Shown: piece after piece, positions 1-8,275 of the stretch
Numbering within the stretch: position 1 is the stretch's first letter
Layout: each line of letters begins with the position of its first letter
DNA from: Candidatus Saccharimonadota bacterium
GTDB taxonomy: Bacteria; Patescibacteriota; Saccharimonadia; Saccharimonadales; JAXHNE01
NCBI GenBank assembly: GCA_034520885.1
Contig: JAXHNE010000009.1
Span: 66,431-130,430 of the forward strand
Reading direction: 5' to 3'
DNA length: 64,000 nucleotides
Notes under the pieces: generated by a model
What the model was told of the DNA's origin: nothing
Seen by the model: only the letters and a program-made list of their open reading frames with translations
Database searches by the model: none
Position numbers and translations under genes: made by a program

Positions 1-561
1 GGTATTTTGATCTTCAACGATCTCATTCTTACGGCCGCCCAACTGTTGTTTATTAATATTGTGACCGACGGGCTTCCCGCCGTGGCGCTGGGCTCGGATC
101 CGTCGCAGCGTAATATTCTCGCCTCCAAACCTAAGCGCTTCCAGGAAGCAATCCTTACCAAGCGGGTATGGGCGGAAATTATCATCTTTGGTTCGTTAAT
201 GAGCGTTCTGTTGATCGGGCAATTTTGGTACAACCAAAGCCGGGAAAGTTACTTCGCCGCGGTTTCGGCCGCCTTTGCCACCATGGTGGTGTACGAGCTC
301 GTTCGTTTGATCGACATCCGTACCGATTACAAAATTAAGTGGTTGTCCAATCCGTGGTTAACGATCGCGTTGATCTCCTCCTTCGCGCTGCAAATCGCGG
401 TGTTATACATGCCGTTTTTGGCGCATTACTTTTCCGTCGGCCCGTTGGAAGCTCACGACTGGGGAATCATGGCCGCCGGTTCTATCGTGTTGTTTATATC
501 CATGAAGTTATTAAATCCACTTCTTGATAAAACGATCCGACCAGAGCATGCACATAGCTAA
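1..561 (+). CDS. P-type cation-transporting ATPase, C-terminal fragment (5' end outside window)
   Basis: ORF open to window edge; TM motif NIVTDGLPAVALGSDP and C-terminal TM helices typical of P-type (Ca2+/cation) ATPases. Confidence 0.8.
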   Translation, partial: GILIFNDLILTAAQLLFINIVTDGLPAVALGSDPSQRNILASKPKRFQEAILTKRVWAEIIIFGSLMSVLLIGQFWYNQSRESYFAAVSAAFATMVVYELVRLIDIRTDYKIKWLSNPWLTIALISSFALQIAVLYMPFLAHYFSVGPLEAHDWGIMAAGSIVLFISMKLLNPLLDKTIRPEHAHS

Positions 562-812
562 CGATTTCTAATCTTTTCTATAAGTGTTCCCGCAATAAAT
601 CCAACAATAAGAACGATTACTGCGAAAATTCCAAAGAATACAAGTATGGTTTGTCTTCCACTATTGGGTGCCGAGTTCTCGAAAAAATAACTTAGAATAG
701 TCAACAGGATGAGCACTGCAGCGCCATAGTATAGAAATCGGCGTACCATGGTTAAGTATTGTAGCATTGACCAGTCAGTTCGTTCCCTAGTCAGTAACGG
801 TGAATTACCCAC
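558..812 (-). CDS. small membrane protein, hypothetical
   Basis: 84-aa ORF with two hydrophobic helices; start uncertain (GTG). Confidence 0.45.
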   Translation of the reverse strand: MGNSPLLTRERTDWSMLQYLTMVRRFLYYGAAVLILLTILSYFFENSAPNSGRQTILVFFGIFAVIVLIVGFIAGTLIEKIRNR

Positions 813-849
813 AAAGGAAAGTAGTAAGCCATAGGGCTATCAAGTAGTA

Positions 850-878
850 TTGACAGAAAAGCAAAAGCGCTTTATAAT
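850..878 (+). promoter_or_regulatory. consensus sigma70-type promoter (TTGACA-17-TATAAT)
   Basis: ttgaca 850-855, 17-nt spacer, tataat 873-878, read directly. Confidence 0.6.
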
Positions 879-956
879 ACAACAGTTACTTGAAAAGCTT
901 ATATAAAAAGCGATAAAATAAAAAGGTAACAACAAAAACAAAAAGAAAGGAAAAAC

Positions 957-1115
957 ATGTTAGGACTTGGAACGAAAGAAGAGCCCAAAGCAAAAAAGGA
1001 CGAAAAGAAAACCAGTAAAAAGTCGGGCAAATCATCCGCTCAGAGTGATGAGGCCAAGAAGGTGCTTGAGCAGATGGAGGCCAAGAAGGCCGACGGCGAC
1101 TGCGCATTCTGCTAG
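957..1115 (+). CDS. 52-aa Lys-rich small protein ending DGDCAFC, hypothetical
   Basis: ATG after aaaggaaaaac; downstream of the consensus promoter; below the ORF-track size cutoff; competes with a dubious antisense ORF 886-1239. Confidence 0.4.
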   Translation: MLGLGTKEEPKAKKDEKKTSKKSGKSSAQSDEAKKVLEQMEAKKADGDCAFC

Positions 1116-1255
1116 AGCTATGCACCGCGTGTCGCCCTGCCAATGAGCAAAGCTCATTACCCGGACGGCACTTTTGGCGCCTGAGCAACTTTTTCCCTGC
1201 GAGGCTCACGTCACCGCACCGCAAGTGCGGCTTGTTCACTTCTCGTGAAGAAAGT

Positions 1256-1282
1256 TACTCAGCCACCCAAATGCAAAACTCT
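1256..1282 (+). repeat. 27-nt direct repeat copy 1 (tactcagccaCccaaatgcaaaactct)
   Basis: 26/27 identical to 1425-1451; partial third copy at 1338-1353. Confidence 0.85.
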
Positions 1283-1424
1283 AGTTGGAAAATTAAGTTC
1301 GATTGCCGCGCCGGGCAAAATGTTTTTTACTCGGGCTGCTCACCACCCAAATTGGATAAAAACCAAGAATTAAATTCTTCGTTTTTTGTTTGAATACATA
1401 AAAACAGACGCTCGGAAAGAATGG

Positions 1425-1451
1425 TACTCAGCCATCCAAATGCAAAACTCT
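1425..1451 (+). repeat. 27-nt direct repeat copy 2
   Basis: 26/27 identical to 1256-1282; flanks also loosely similar over ~60 nt. Confidence 0.85.
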
Positions 1452-1559
1452 CGCTTGGGTGTTAGTTTGGGTCGCAACGAATCGAGAATAGATCACCTAC
1501 TAAGTGGTAGATTCGAGGTTTCGTTTTTACACTGCTCAGGCTCGTGAGATAATGGGGCT

Positions 1560-1853
1560 ATGTTACATTTTGCCAACACCAATGAAGTCACTCCGAACTT
1601 ATTAGCACAGATAACCGGGCAGCCGTTCTTGGTATCGTTGCTTTTAGTGAGCGCCATTTTATTCGCGGTGTATACGATTCTTCAAAAAATGGGGCTTAAA
1701 GCCCTACAAAGAGTTTTGGCTCTTATCCCCGTGCTAATGCTTTTGGCGGTCTTGTATTTCCAACACGGGCCATTAATGGCCACCTTGCTGCTTTCCACCG
1801 GGTTTTTACTTTCTTTTATTTTGGCATTCGCGCAGCTCATAGGGAAACAATGA
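1560..1853 (+). CDS. membrane protein, hypothetical
   Basis: 97-aa hydrophobic ORF; TGaGATAAT box 1545-1553 ends 6 nt before the ATG. Confidence 0.55.
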   Translation: MLHFANTNEVTPNLLAQITGQPFLVSLLLVSAILFAVYTILQKMGLKALQRVLALIPVLMLLAVLYFQHGPLMATLLLSTGFLLSFILAFAQLIGKQ

Positions 1854-2305
1854 AAGAAAAGTTTCGATCCGCGTTGGATGGCGCACTAAAGCACCTCAAG
1901 CAATTGCGAGACGTTCGCGTTCTCGGCCTGTACGTATTCATTGCCATCGCTTTGCTGGTTACCATTAACAGTGTGAGTGTTATTCAAAGTAACTACGAGT
2001 TGCAACAACGCGTCTCGCGCATTCAGCAGGAAAACGACGTACAAAGGCTGGAAAACGAAACATTGCGACTGAAAAATCAGTACTATGAAACCGATCAATA
2101 CCTGGAGTTAGCCGCTCGCCAGCAGTTCAATAAAGGGGAGCCCGGCGAAACTTTACTGCTCGTGCCGAGCGATGTCGCGATGTCGCACGCCGCCGAAGAA
2201 CTGCCGTTAGAGTCGCCGCAGGAATCCGCGCCCCAAAAGCCCGGGTACCAGCAAAATTTCGAAGCCTGGATGGAGTTTATTTTTCGCCGGGGCGCGGAGA
2301 TTTGA
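1850..2305 (+). CDS. FtsB/DivIC-like septum formation initiator family protein
   Basis: N-terminal TM helix + coiled coil (QQENDVQRLENETLRLKNQ) + YLELAARQQFNKGEPGE motif; ATGA overlap with upstream ORF. Confidence 0.6.
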   Translation: MKEKFRSALDGALKHLKQLRDVRVLGLYVFIAIALLVTINSVSVIQSNYELQQRVSRIQQENDVQRLENETLRLKNQYYETDQYLELAARQQFNKGEPGETLLLVPSDVAMSHAAEELPLESPQESAPQKPGYQQNFEAWMEFIFRRGAEI

Positions 2306-2666
2306 TTCTTAGTTTGAGCTGTTCATTTAGTTGTGTTTTTAGCTCTGTTAGAGTGTTGATTTTATCGAAGTCATTGGGGCTTACAAGGAGTGTTAAATTG
2401 TCGTCTTGTTGCAAGAAAACTGCGGGAGCATGAACCAGCTGCGATGGAAATGCAGCTTTGAAGGTGTCTGTGTAATAAAAGACGTGCTCTATGGGTAATT
2501 GGTCCAAAAAATCACGCCAAGCTCGTTTTTTTATCGCTCCACTGTAAGTAACGCTACATAGCTTGCATTGATAGGTCTCCGGCCGCACGGTTTTGTGCAG
2601 TAAATCGAAGGCTGCTTGCTTGGCGCCACTTGTAGAGTTATAGACAAAAACTAATTTTTGCGACAT
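2277..2666 (-). CDS. hypothetical protein (possible thioredoxin-fold)
   Basis: 129-aa ORF in a redox gene cluster; no motif I can name with confidence. Confidence 0.4.
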   Translation of the reverse strand: MSQKLVFVYNSTSGAKQAAFDLLHKTVRPETYQCKLCSVTYSGAIKKRAWRDFLDQLPIEHVFYYTDTFKAAFPSQLVHAPAVFLQQDDNLTLLVSPNDFDKINTLTELKTQLNEQLKLRIKSPRPGEK

Positions 2667-2669
2667 TAA

Positions 2670-2972
2670 CTATTCGGTTACTTCAACGCCGTGCCAAAAG
2701 GCTACGTGGTCGCGAAAATCTTTTTTGACTCGCTGGACTGCCATTTCTTTGGCGTCGGGATATTGGAACATGCCGTCCTCGGCGGTTTCGCCGTCTACCG
2801 TGACGTTGTAGTACTGTGCCTCGCCCTTCCAGGGGCAAGTGTAGGGAGTGTCGGTCTTTTCGTATACGCTTTCATCCACGCTGGACAAAGGGAAATACCA
2901 ATTACCCTCGATGTAAATCAAATCTTCCTTTGGCGCCTCGGCAATGGTCTTTCCGTTAAAAATGGCCCGCAT
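2670..2972 (-). CDS. DUF427 domain protein
   Basis: IEGNWYFP ... CPWKGEAQYY pattern characteristic of DUF427. Confidence 0.75.
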   Translation of the reverse strand: MRAIFNGKTIAEAPKEDLIYIEGNWYFPLSSVDESVYEKTDTPYTCPWKGEAQYYNVTVDGETAEDGMFQYPDAKEMAVQRVKKDFRDHVAFWHGVEVTE

Positions 2973-3226
2973 TATTTAATCTCCAGTGCACTATCGATCT
3001 TTTTGCGGTCGAACCCCAGAATATTTTCCTCTTTTCCGTCTTTTTCAATAACGGTAAAAGGGACGCCCAGTTGACCGCTTTTGTCGTAGAGTTCTTGGGC
3101 AATTTTAGGGTCTTGGTCGGCATGTTTTTCGTTATATTCAATGCCTTTGTCCTGCAAATAGCTTTTAAGCATTTTGCAAAAACCGCAGGTCGCGGTGCTG
3201 TAGATCGTTATATTGGCTGCTGACAT
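2972..3226 (-). CDS. glutaredoxin/NrdH-like redoxin
   Basis: 84 aa, CGFC active site near N-terminus, GVPFTVI motif. Confidence 0.85.
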   Translation of the reverse strand: MSAANITIYSTATCGFCKMLKSYLQDKGIEYNEKHADQDPKIAQELYDKSGQLGVPFTVIEKDGKEENILGFDRKKIDSALEIK

Positions 3227-3240
3227 AATACCTCCTTTAT

Positions 3241-3540
3241 TTATGTGATTAGTTCAGCGGGTTGATGAGCTTTCATTAAGTGTGCGACGGCCGCCACTGC
3301 CGGTTCTTCCAGCTGAGGCCGGTAACACATTTTCTGCCCGTTACGCTTTTTGCCGACCACTCCGGCCAGCTCCAGCATTCGAAAGTGTTGTGAAACGGCG
3401 GCGGTAGATATCCCCAAAAGGGAAGAAATTTCCGAAACGCAAAGGTTATCGCCCTCCAGTAAAATTTCAAAAATCTTGTATCGGGTTTCGTCGCCGAGTA
3501 GCTGCATGACTCGTTGCAGATGATTCGATTGATGTTCCAT
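3241..3540 (-). CDS. ArsR/SmtB family transcriptional regulator
   Basis: wHTH signature RYKIFEILLEG..LCVSEISSLLGISTAAVSQHFRMLELAGVV. Confidence 0.85.
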   Translation of the reverse strand: MEHQSNHLQRVMQLLGDETRYKIFEILLEGDNLCVSEISSLLGISTAAVSQHFRMLELAGVVGKKRNGQKMCYRPQLEEPAVAAVAHLMKAHQPAELIT

Positions 3541-3718
3541 ACTTCCCTATCTTTTAAGGTTTAAGTAACTACTTAATAATAACAAGGCCGCTAATTCGTG
3601 TCAAGCGAACGAACGGCCGGATTACCGAACGTCGCACAATATTTAGTTCTACAAAGTCGTTATTGCGGTACATAACTGGCCGGTAACCCCAAGTAATTGG
3701 TCGCGATGCACGCATGTT

Positions 3719-4078
3719 GTGGGTTCCGTGCCTATAGCTCACGGCAAAAACATGGCGATATTATGGTTAAATGGGTGCATGCCCTCATTACTACTTTTAC
3801 TGCATATTGCGTCGGCGGTAGCGCTTTGGGGATTCTCACTGAAGAGTTTTTTCGTAGTCCGTAAAGAACAAAATGCTTCGGTTTTAGTTCGGCGTAGAGC
3901 ACGGCTAGTACTGCTGATAATCGTGACTGCTATTTTAGGTTCTTTCACGGCGTTATCTTCGGGCGTTTTTACCGTGGCGGTGTGCACCAAGTTGGCGCTG
4001 TACCTCTTACCTTCATTCGTTGCGTTTTACTTTCTTCAAAAACGACTCATTAACATTAAAAAGACGATTCGCCAATGA
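3719..4078 (+). CDS. membrane protein, hypothetical
   Basis: 119-aa multi-TM ORF; start uncertain; overlaps next gene by ATGA. Confidence 0.5.
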   Translation: MGSVPIAHGKNMAILWLNGCMPSLLLLLHIASAVALWGFSLKSFFVVRKEQNASVLVRRRARLVLLIIVTAILGSFTALSSGVFTVAVCTKLALYLLPSFVAFYFLQKRLINIKKTIRQ

Positions 4079-5394
4079 AGCTCGCTCGTCGCAGGCAATT
4101 ATTTTACGCGCTATACTTTTTGCAAATTATTGGCATTTTCTTGGTGTGGCTCTCGAAAAGTACGCAACAACTTCAAGTCGGCGGCGGCGCGGCGTTGATC
4201 GCTATCGGGGCGCTAAGCGGGTTGTTGGCCGGATTTTTCTTTTTGTATCAGCTGATATTGATTAGCGGCACCAAACTCATTGAAAAACATTTCGGGCTTG
4301 ACCGTCTCGCGCGCATTCACCATGTAACCGGGCTTTTCGGGTACGGCTTTTTGATTACGCACGTTTTATTCATTGTCCTGGGATATTCATCGCTCACCGG
4401 CAACGGATTCATCGAGCAATATTTCGCTCTGCAGGACTTGGCCTACGTAACATTCGCCAGCGTATCGGTGTTTTTGCTGAGCGCGGTTATCGTTACTTCC
4501 ATTGTGATCGTGCGTCGCCGGCTTAAGTACGAGCTGTGGTATCTGGTCCACTTGCTAGTCTATGCCGCCGTGTTGCTCGCGCTGTTTCATCAGGTCAGTA
4601 ACGGGCAGAACCTTATGGGCAACGACTGGCTTCGCGCGTACTGGTACGGCCTATACGTCGTGGCCTTCACTTTGGTCTTGTGGCGGCGTTGGCTGATGCC
4701 GCTTTATCTGGAATATAAACACCGTTTTCGGGTAGAAAAGGTCGTAAAAGAAAACAGTGGCGTCACGTCGGTATACGTAACCGGTAAAAACCTGGATAAG
4801 TTTCACTATCAGGCCGGGCAATTCAACCTATGGCAGTTTATACAAAAGGACGTTCGCGGCATGCATCACCCGTTTACCATTTCTTCGAGTCCGAAAGATC
4901 CGTATCTGCAGCTATCCGCCAAAGCTGTCGGTGATTTTACGAAAAAACTTGATCAGTTGCGTCCGGGCGCACCGGCACTGATCAGCGGCCCGTACGGGCT
5001 ATTCACGCAAAAGGTCGCGACCGGCCGCCAGCGGCTCTTCATTGCCGGCGGAATTGGCGTAACGCCACTTCGTTCCATGTTGCGCGACGATGTGCGTGGC
5101 GACGACATACTTATTTACGCCACGCGGACCATGAAAGACGCGGTGTTCGCCGATGAATTTAAAAAATTAGAAAAACAAGGGCTGAAAGTCGTTCACGTAC
5201 TCAGTGACGAAAAACGAAAAGCTGCCCACCACGGGTATGTCAGCGCGGACATACTCACGAGTGAAGTAAACGATATAACCGAGCGCGATATTTGGCTTTG
5301 CGGCCCGCCGGTCATGATGCAAAAAGTCGAGGAAGCTCTCGCCGGGCTAAATGTACCCAAAAAACGGATTCACACCGAAAAATTCAAACTCTGA
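4075..5394 (+). CDS. ferric reductase / NOX-like flavocytochrome (TM heme domain + FAD + NAD(P) binding)
   Basis: N-terminal 6-TM region with spaced His, HPFTISS FAD motif, GGIGVTP nucleotide-binding motif, C-terminal CGPP. Confidence 0.8.
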   Translation: MKLARRRQLFYALYFLQIIGIFLVWLSKSTQQLQVGGGAALIAIGALSGLLAGFFFLYQLILISGTKLIEKHFGLDRLARIHHVTGLFGYGFLITHVLFIVLGYSSLTGNGFIEQYFALQDLAYVTFASVSVFLLSAVIVTSIVIVRRRLKYELWYLVHLLVYAAVLLALFHQVSNGQNLMGNDWLRAYWYGLYVVAFTLVLWRRWLMPLYLEYKHRFRVEKVVKENSGVTSVYVTGKNLDKFHYQAGQFNLWQFIQKDVRGMHHPFTISSSPKDPYLQLSAKAVGDFTKKLDQLRPGAPALISGPYGLFTQKVATGRQRLFIAGGIGVTPLRSMLRDDVRGDDILIYATRTMKDAVFADEFKKLEKQGLKVVHVLSDEKRKAAHHGYVSADILTSEVNDITERDIWLCGPPVMMQKVEEALAGLNVPKKRIHTEKFKL

Positions 5395-5643
5395 CTAGCG
5401 CGCGCGAGTACGGAGCCGCAAATTGGAAATATAGTGTTCCACGCTAATTTGCGGGTGGGTTCGCAAGTATTCCATGTGCTCGTCCACGAAAGGAATTACG
5501 CCGTCGGGATACTTTTCTTCGTTGGCGCTGAATCCGCTACGCGTGTTGAAGTCCTTATTTTTAACTAACGCCTTCAGTTTTTCACGTGCCGCTATGCCCT
5601 CTTCGGAGTCGAAGAAGTTCGAACGTTTTTTAGTGCTGGCCAT
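5395..5643 (-). CDS. hypothetical protein
   Basis: 82-aa ORF, no recognisable motif. Confidence 0.4.
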   Translation of the reverse strand: MASTKKRSNFFDSEEGIAAREKLKALVKNKDFNTRSGFSANEEKYPDGVIPFVDEHMEYLRTHPQISVEHYISNLRLRTRAR

Positions 5644-5808
5644 ATGTTAACCTCCCGGGTTAATTTTAAAGAGGAATGGGGGGGCGAAACGCCACCGTTG
5701 CATCCATTATAACATGCCGCTAAGGACACGGTGCTCTGGATTCGATCGTCACAATTCGCGTAAGACTGAAAACGTGAGATAATGTAATGTATAAACAAGG
5801 AATAAATC

Positions 5809-6315
5809 ATGAAAAAATTAAATGAACCGAATGCTTCCTCGTCCGAGACCAACAAGCGGATATTCGATTTTTTAAAGTCACATCCGGTCGGCGTATTGGC
5901 AACCGTTGACCCTAATAGTAATCCGCATGCGGCCGCGGTGTATTATGCCGTGGACAAGAACTTCAACGTCACATTCGTTACCAAGAAGGGCACAAAAAAA
6001 CACGATAATCTAAAACATAAAAATCACGTTATGATGATCGCTTACGAAGCCGAAACCCAAACTACCGCACAAATTACCGGAGTGGCCGAGGATATTAGCC
6101 ATTCCCAGAAAGAAGCGAACGAAGCTTTTCGCAATATGTTGGATGCTTCCATGGAAACCAGCGAAGCGGGGTTACCTCCCATTTCTAAACTGGAAGCCGG
6201 CAATTACGTAGCCCATAAACTTACACCCCGACAAATTCGCATGGCCGTTTTCTTGCGGCCGGACAAAGGCGGGTATGATATGTACGAAACAATTGACTTC
6301 CCAAAGAAAGCCTAA
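5809..6315 (+). CDS. pyridoxamine 5'-phosphate oxidase family protein
   Basis: HPVGVLATVDPNSNPHAAAVYY...FVTKKGTKKHDNL split-barrel pattern. Confidence 0.75.
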   Translation: MKKLNEPNASSSETNKRIFDFLKSHPVGVLATVDPNSNPHAAAVYYAVDKNFNVTFVTKKGTKKHDNLKHKNHVMMIAYEAETQTTAQITGVAEDISHSQKEANEAFRNMLDASMETSEAGLPPISKLEAGNYVAHKLTPRQIRMAVFLRPDKGGYDMYETIDFPKKA

Positions 6316-6464
6316 CCAGAGTTTAATCTTACCTTTGTCTACCTCAAAAATGAAAAAGAGGTTCACAATAACTATTTATGGTGTGTATCTGGTGATCGGA
6401 TAGATTTTTGCGGTTTTAGTTACTGATATAATAGTGCTAAATCAAATCGGAGGTACATTAAGCT

Positions 6465-7646
6465 ATGCGATCAAAACTTAAAACGTTCTTGTTAGTAGCG
6501 GGATTCTCGCTGTTTTTGTTGGCGGGGTATTCCACGGCAACCTCGGCGCACAGCGTTAAAAGCGGTGACATTGTTACCGTTGCCCAGTCGGAAACCATTA
6601 ACGAAACCGTGTTTTTGGCCGGACAAAACCTGCAGATTAACGGCACTATTAACGGCGACGTATTTTGTGCCGCGGAAACCATCAGCGTAAACGGTACGGT
6701 AAATGGTGACGTGATGTGCGCGGGTATGACCATGACCCTAAACGGCCACGTCAACGGGGATATGCGCGTTGCGGTGCAGACGATCGTTCAAAACGGCGAA
6801 GTCACGGGTAGCGTGACGTCCGGTTCACAGTCCTATAATTTGAATAACGATGGCCGGATTGGTCGCGATCTTACCGGCGCCGCGTCCAACGTAAGCATTT
6901 CCGGCGAGGTCGGCCGGGACGTTGGCCTGGGCGCGGAAACCGCCAATATAACCGGCACGATAGGCAGGAACGTTCAGGGTGAAATTCAGCAACTGACCCT
7001 TTCCGACGGGAGCGACATCGCCGGGGATATTACCTACACCAGCGTTAATGAGCTTTACCGCCCCGCGAACGCTACGGTCGGCGGGGAAGTAACCCGTTCC
7101 ACGCCGGAGGAAAGCCCTGATCAGCGCTTCTTTGGCCTGAGCCTGGGCGTCGTCGTTTATGGGCTGGCGGCCATGCTAATAACTTCACTGGTACTGGTAC
7201 TGCTTTTCCCTCGTATCTTTCAAAACGTCACCGATACCGTCCATGGGAGCGTAGCGAAAACACTGCTCGTTGGATTCATTGCCAGCGTGGTCGTTCCGGT
7301 CGGCTTGGTATTGCTGTTATTTACGATTGCGGGTATTCCGTTGGCGATGATATTCGGCTTTTCCTGGCTGGTGGCCGTCTTACTCAGTGGTCCGTTCACC
7401 GCCTACTACGTCGGCCGGCGCGTACTTTCGGGCGAAAACCGGGTGGTGCTAATTATGCTCGCGGGTTCGCTGCTGGCGTTGGTGTTGTATATTACGCCGA
7501 TCGTCTCACCGTTCGCACTGTTACTTTCTTACTGGCTGGGACTCGGTATGCTTTTGCGCGGCCTGGTGCGTTATGCTCCGAAGCCCACGTACGTGGTATC
7601 GGAAACGCCTTCCAAGAAATCCGCTAAAAAATCCACCAAAAAGTAA
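6465..7646 (+). CDS. membrane protein with bactofilin-like (NGxVxGDV) beta-helix repeats and polytopic C-terminal domain
   Basis: signal peptide, repeated INGTINGDV/VNGTVNGDV/LNGHVNGDM units, then ~5 TM helices; SD ggagg. Confidence 0.6.
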   Translation: MRSKLKTFLLVAGFSLFLLAGYSTATSAHSVKSGDIVTVAQSETINETVFLAGQNLQINGTINGDVFCAAETISVNGTVNGDVMCAGMTMTLNGHVNGDMRVAVQTIVQNGEVTGSVTSGSQSYNLNNDGRIGRDLTGAASNVSISGEVGRDVGLGAETANITGTIGRNVQGEIQQLTLSDGSDIAGDITYTSVNELYRPANATVGGEVTRSTPEESPDQRFFGLSLGVVVYGLAAMLITSLVLVLLFPRIFQNVTDTVHGSVAKTLLVGFIASVVVPVGLVLLLFTIAGIPLAMIFGFSWLVAVLLSGPFTAYYVGRRVLSGENRVVLIMLAGSLLALVLYITPIVSPFALLLSYWLGLGMLLRGLVRYAPKPTYVVSETPSKKSAKKSTKK

Positions 7647-7682
7647 CGCGTATCTACTTTTCCCGGGTGATAGGATAAAGCG

Positions 7683-7976
7683 GTGAGTAAAAACGAAATT
7701 CAGTTTCCTCCGAGTGGCAAGCGTCGCAACGACGCGTTAGTGGACGTGTGGAGCGTAGTGCACTTCGCGGTGGCCGCCGGACTCGCGGTTTTTATCGGGC
7801 CGCCGCTTGCTTTGTTGGTGACGTTGTTGTGGGAACCGGTGGAAATTTTGGTGCTTTCTCCTTTGCTCGGGAAATTTGGAATCGACTTCGGCCACGAGTC
7901 GCTACAAAATTCGCTTTCCGATATCGTATTTAACGTGTTGGGTATTTTGTTTGCCATCTACGCGCTCGGCGCTTAA
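7683..7976 (+). CDS. membrane protein, hypothetical
   Basis: 97-aa hydrophobic ORF, GTG start. Confidence 0.45.
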   Translation: MSKNEIQFPPSGKRRNDALVDVWSVVHFAVAAGLAVFIGPPLALLVTLLWEPVEILVLSPLLGKFGIDFGHESLQNSLSDIVFNVLGILFAIYALGA

Positions 7977-7987
7977 CATGAACCCAT

Positions 7988-8266
7988 ATGGACATTGAAA
8001 TATCACGGCAATCAGAGGACGAGAACGGTTTCACGTTCAAGGTATCGGTTGCCGGGCACACCTACGAAGTAACGCTGGGTAGAGAGTATTATCAAAAGTT
8101 AACGGATGGCAAAGTGGTGCCGGAGGAATTGCTGCGCAAATCCTTTGAATTTTTACTGGAAAGGGAAGGGCCGGGATCAATTTTACCGAGCTTCGACCTC
8201 CCGCTCATCAACACCTATTTCCCGGAGTACGAAAGCGAAGTAATAAACAATTTAAAAAGCGAATAA
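7988..8266 (+). CDS. hypothetical protein
   Basis: 92-aa ORF, no motif recognised. Confidence 0.45.
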   Translation: MDIEISRQSEDENGFTFKVSVAGHTYEVTLGREYYQKLTDGKVVPEELLRKSFEFLLEREGPGSILPSFDLPLINTYFPEYESEVINNLKSE

Positions 8267-8275
8267 TACGACTTT

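Noticed and set aside
886-1239. 117-aa minus-strand ORF
   Set aside because: It has no start signals and is an odd Ser/Arg/Pro/Phe-rich product. It overlaps a consensus + strand promoter and an SD-preceded + strand small ORF.
1116-1559. tmRNA, RNase P RNA, SRP RNA or 6S RNA in the long intergenic region
   Set aside because: None of the conserved sequence hallmarks I know is present. I looked for the GGGGCTGATTCTGGATTCGAC start with a tRNA-like CCACCA end (tmRNA), GAGGAAAGTCC (RNase P), and the SRP domain IV motif. It is left as an unclassified repeat region.
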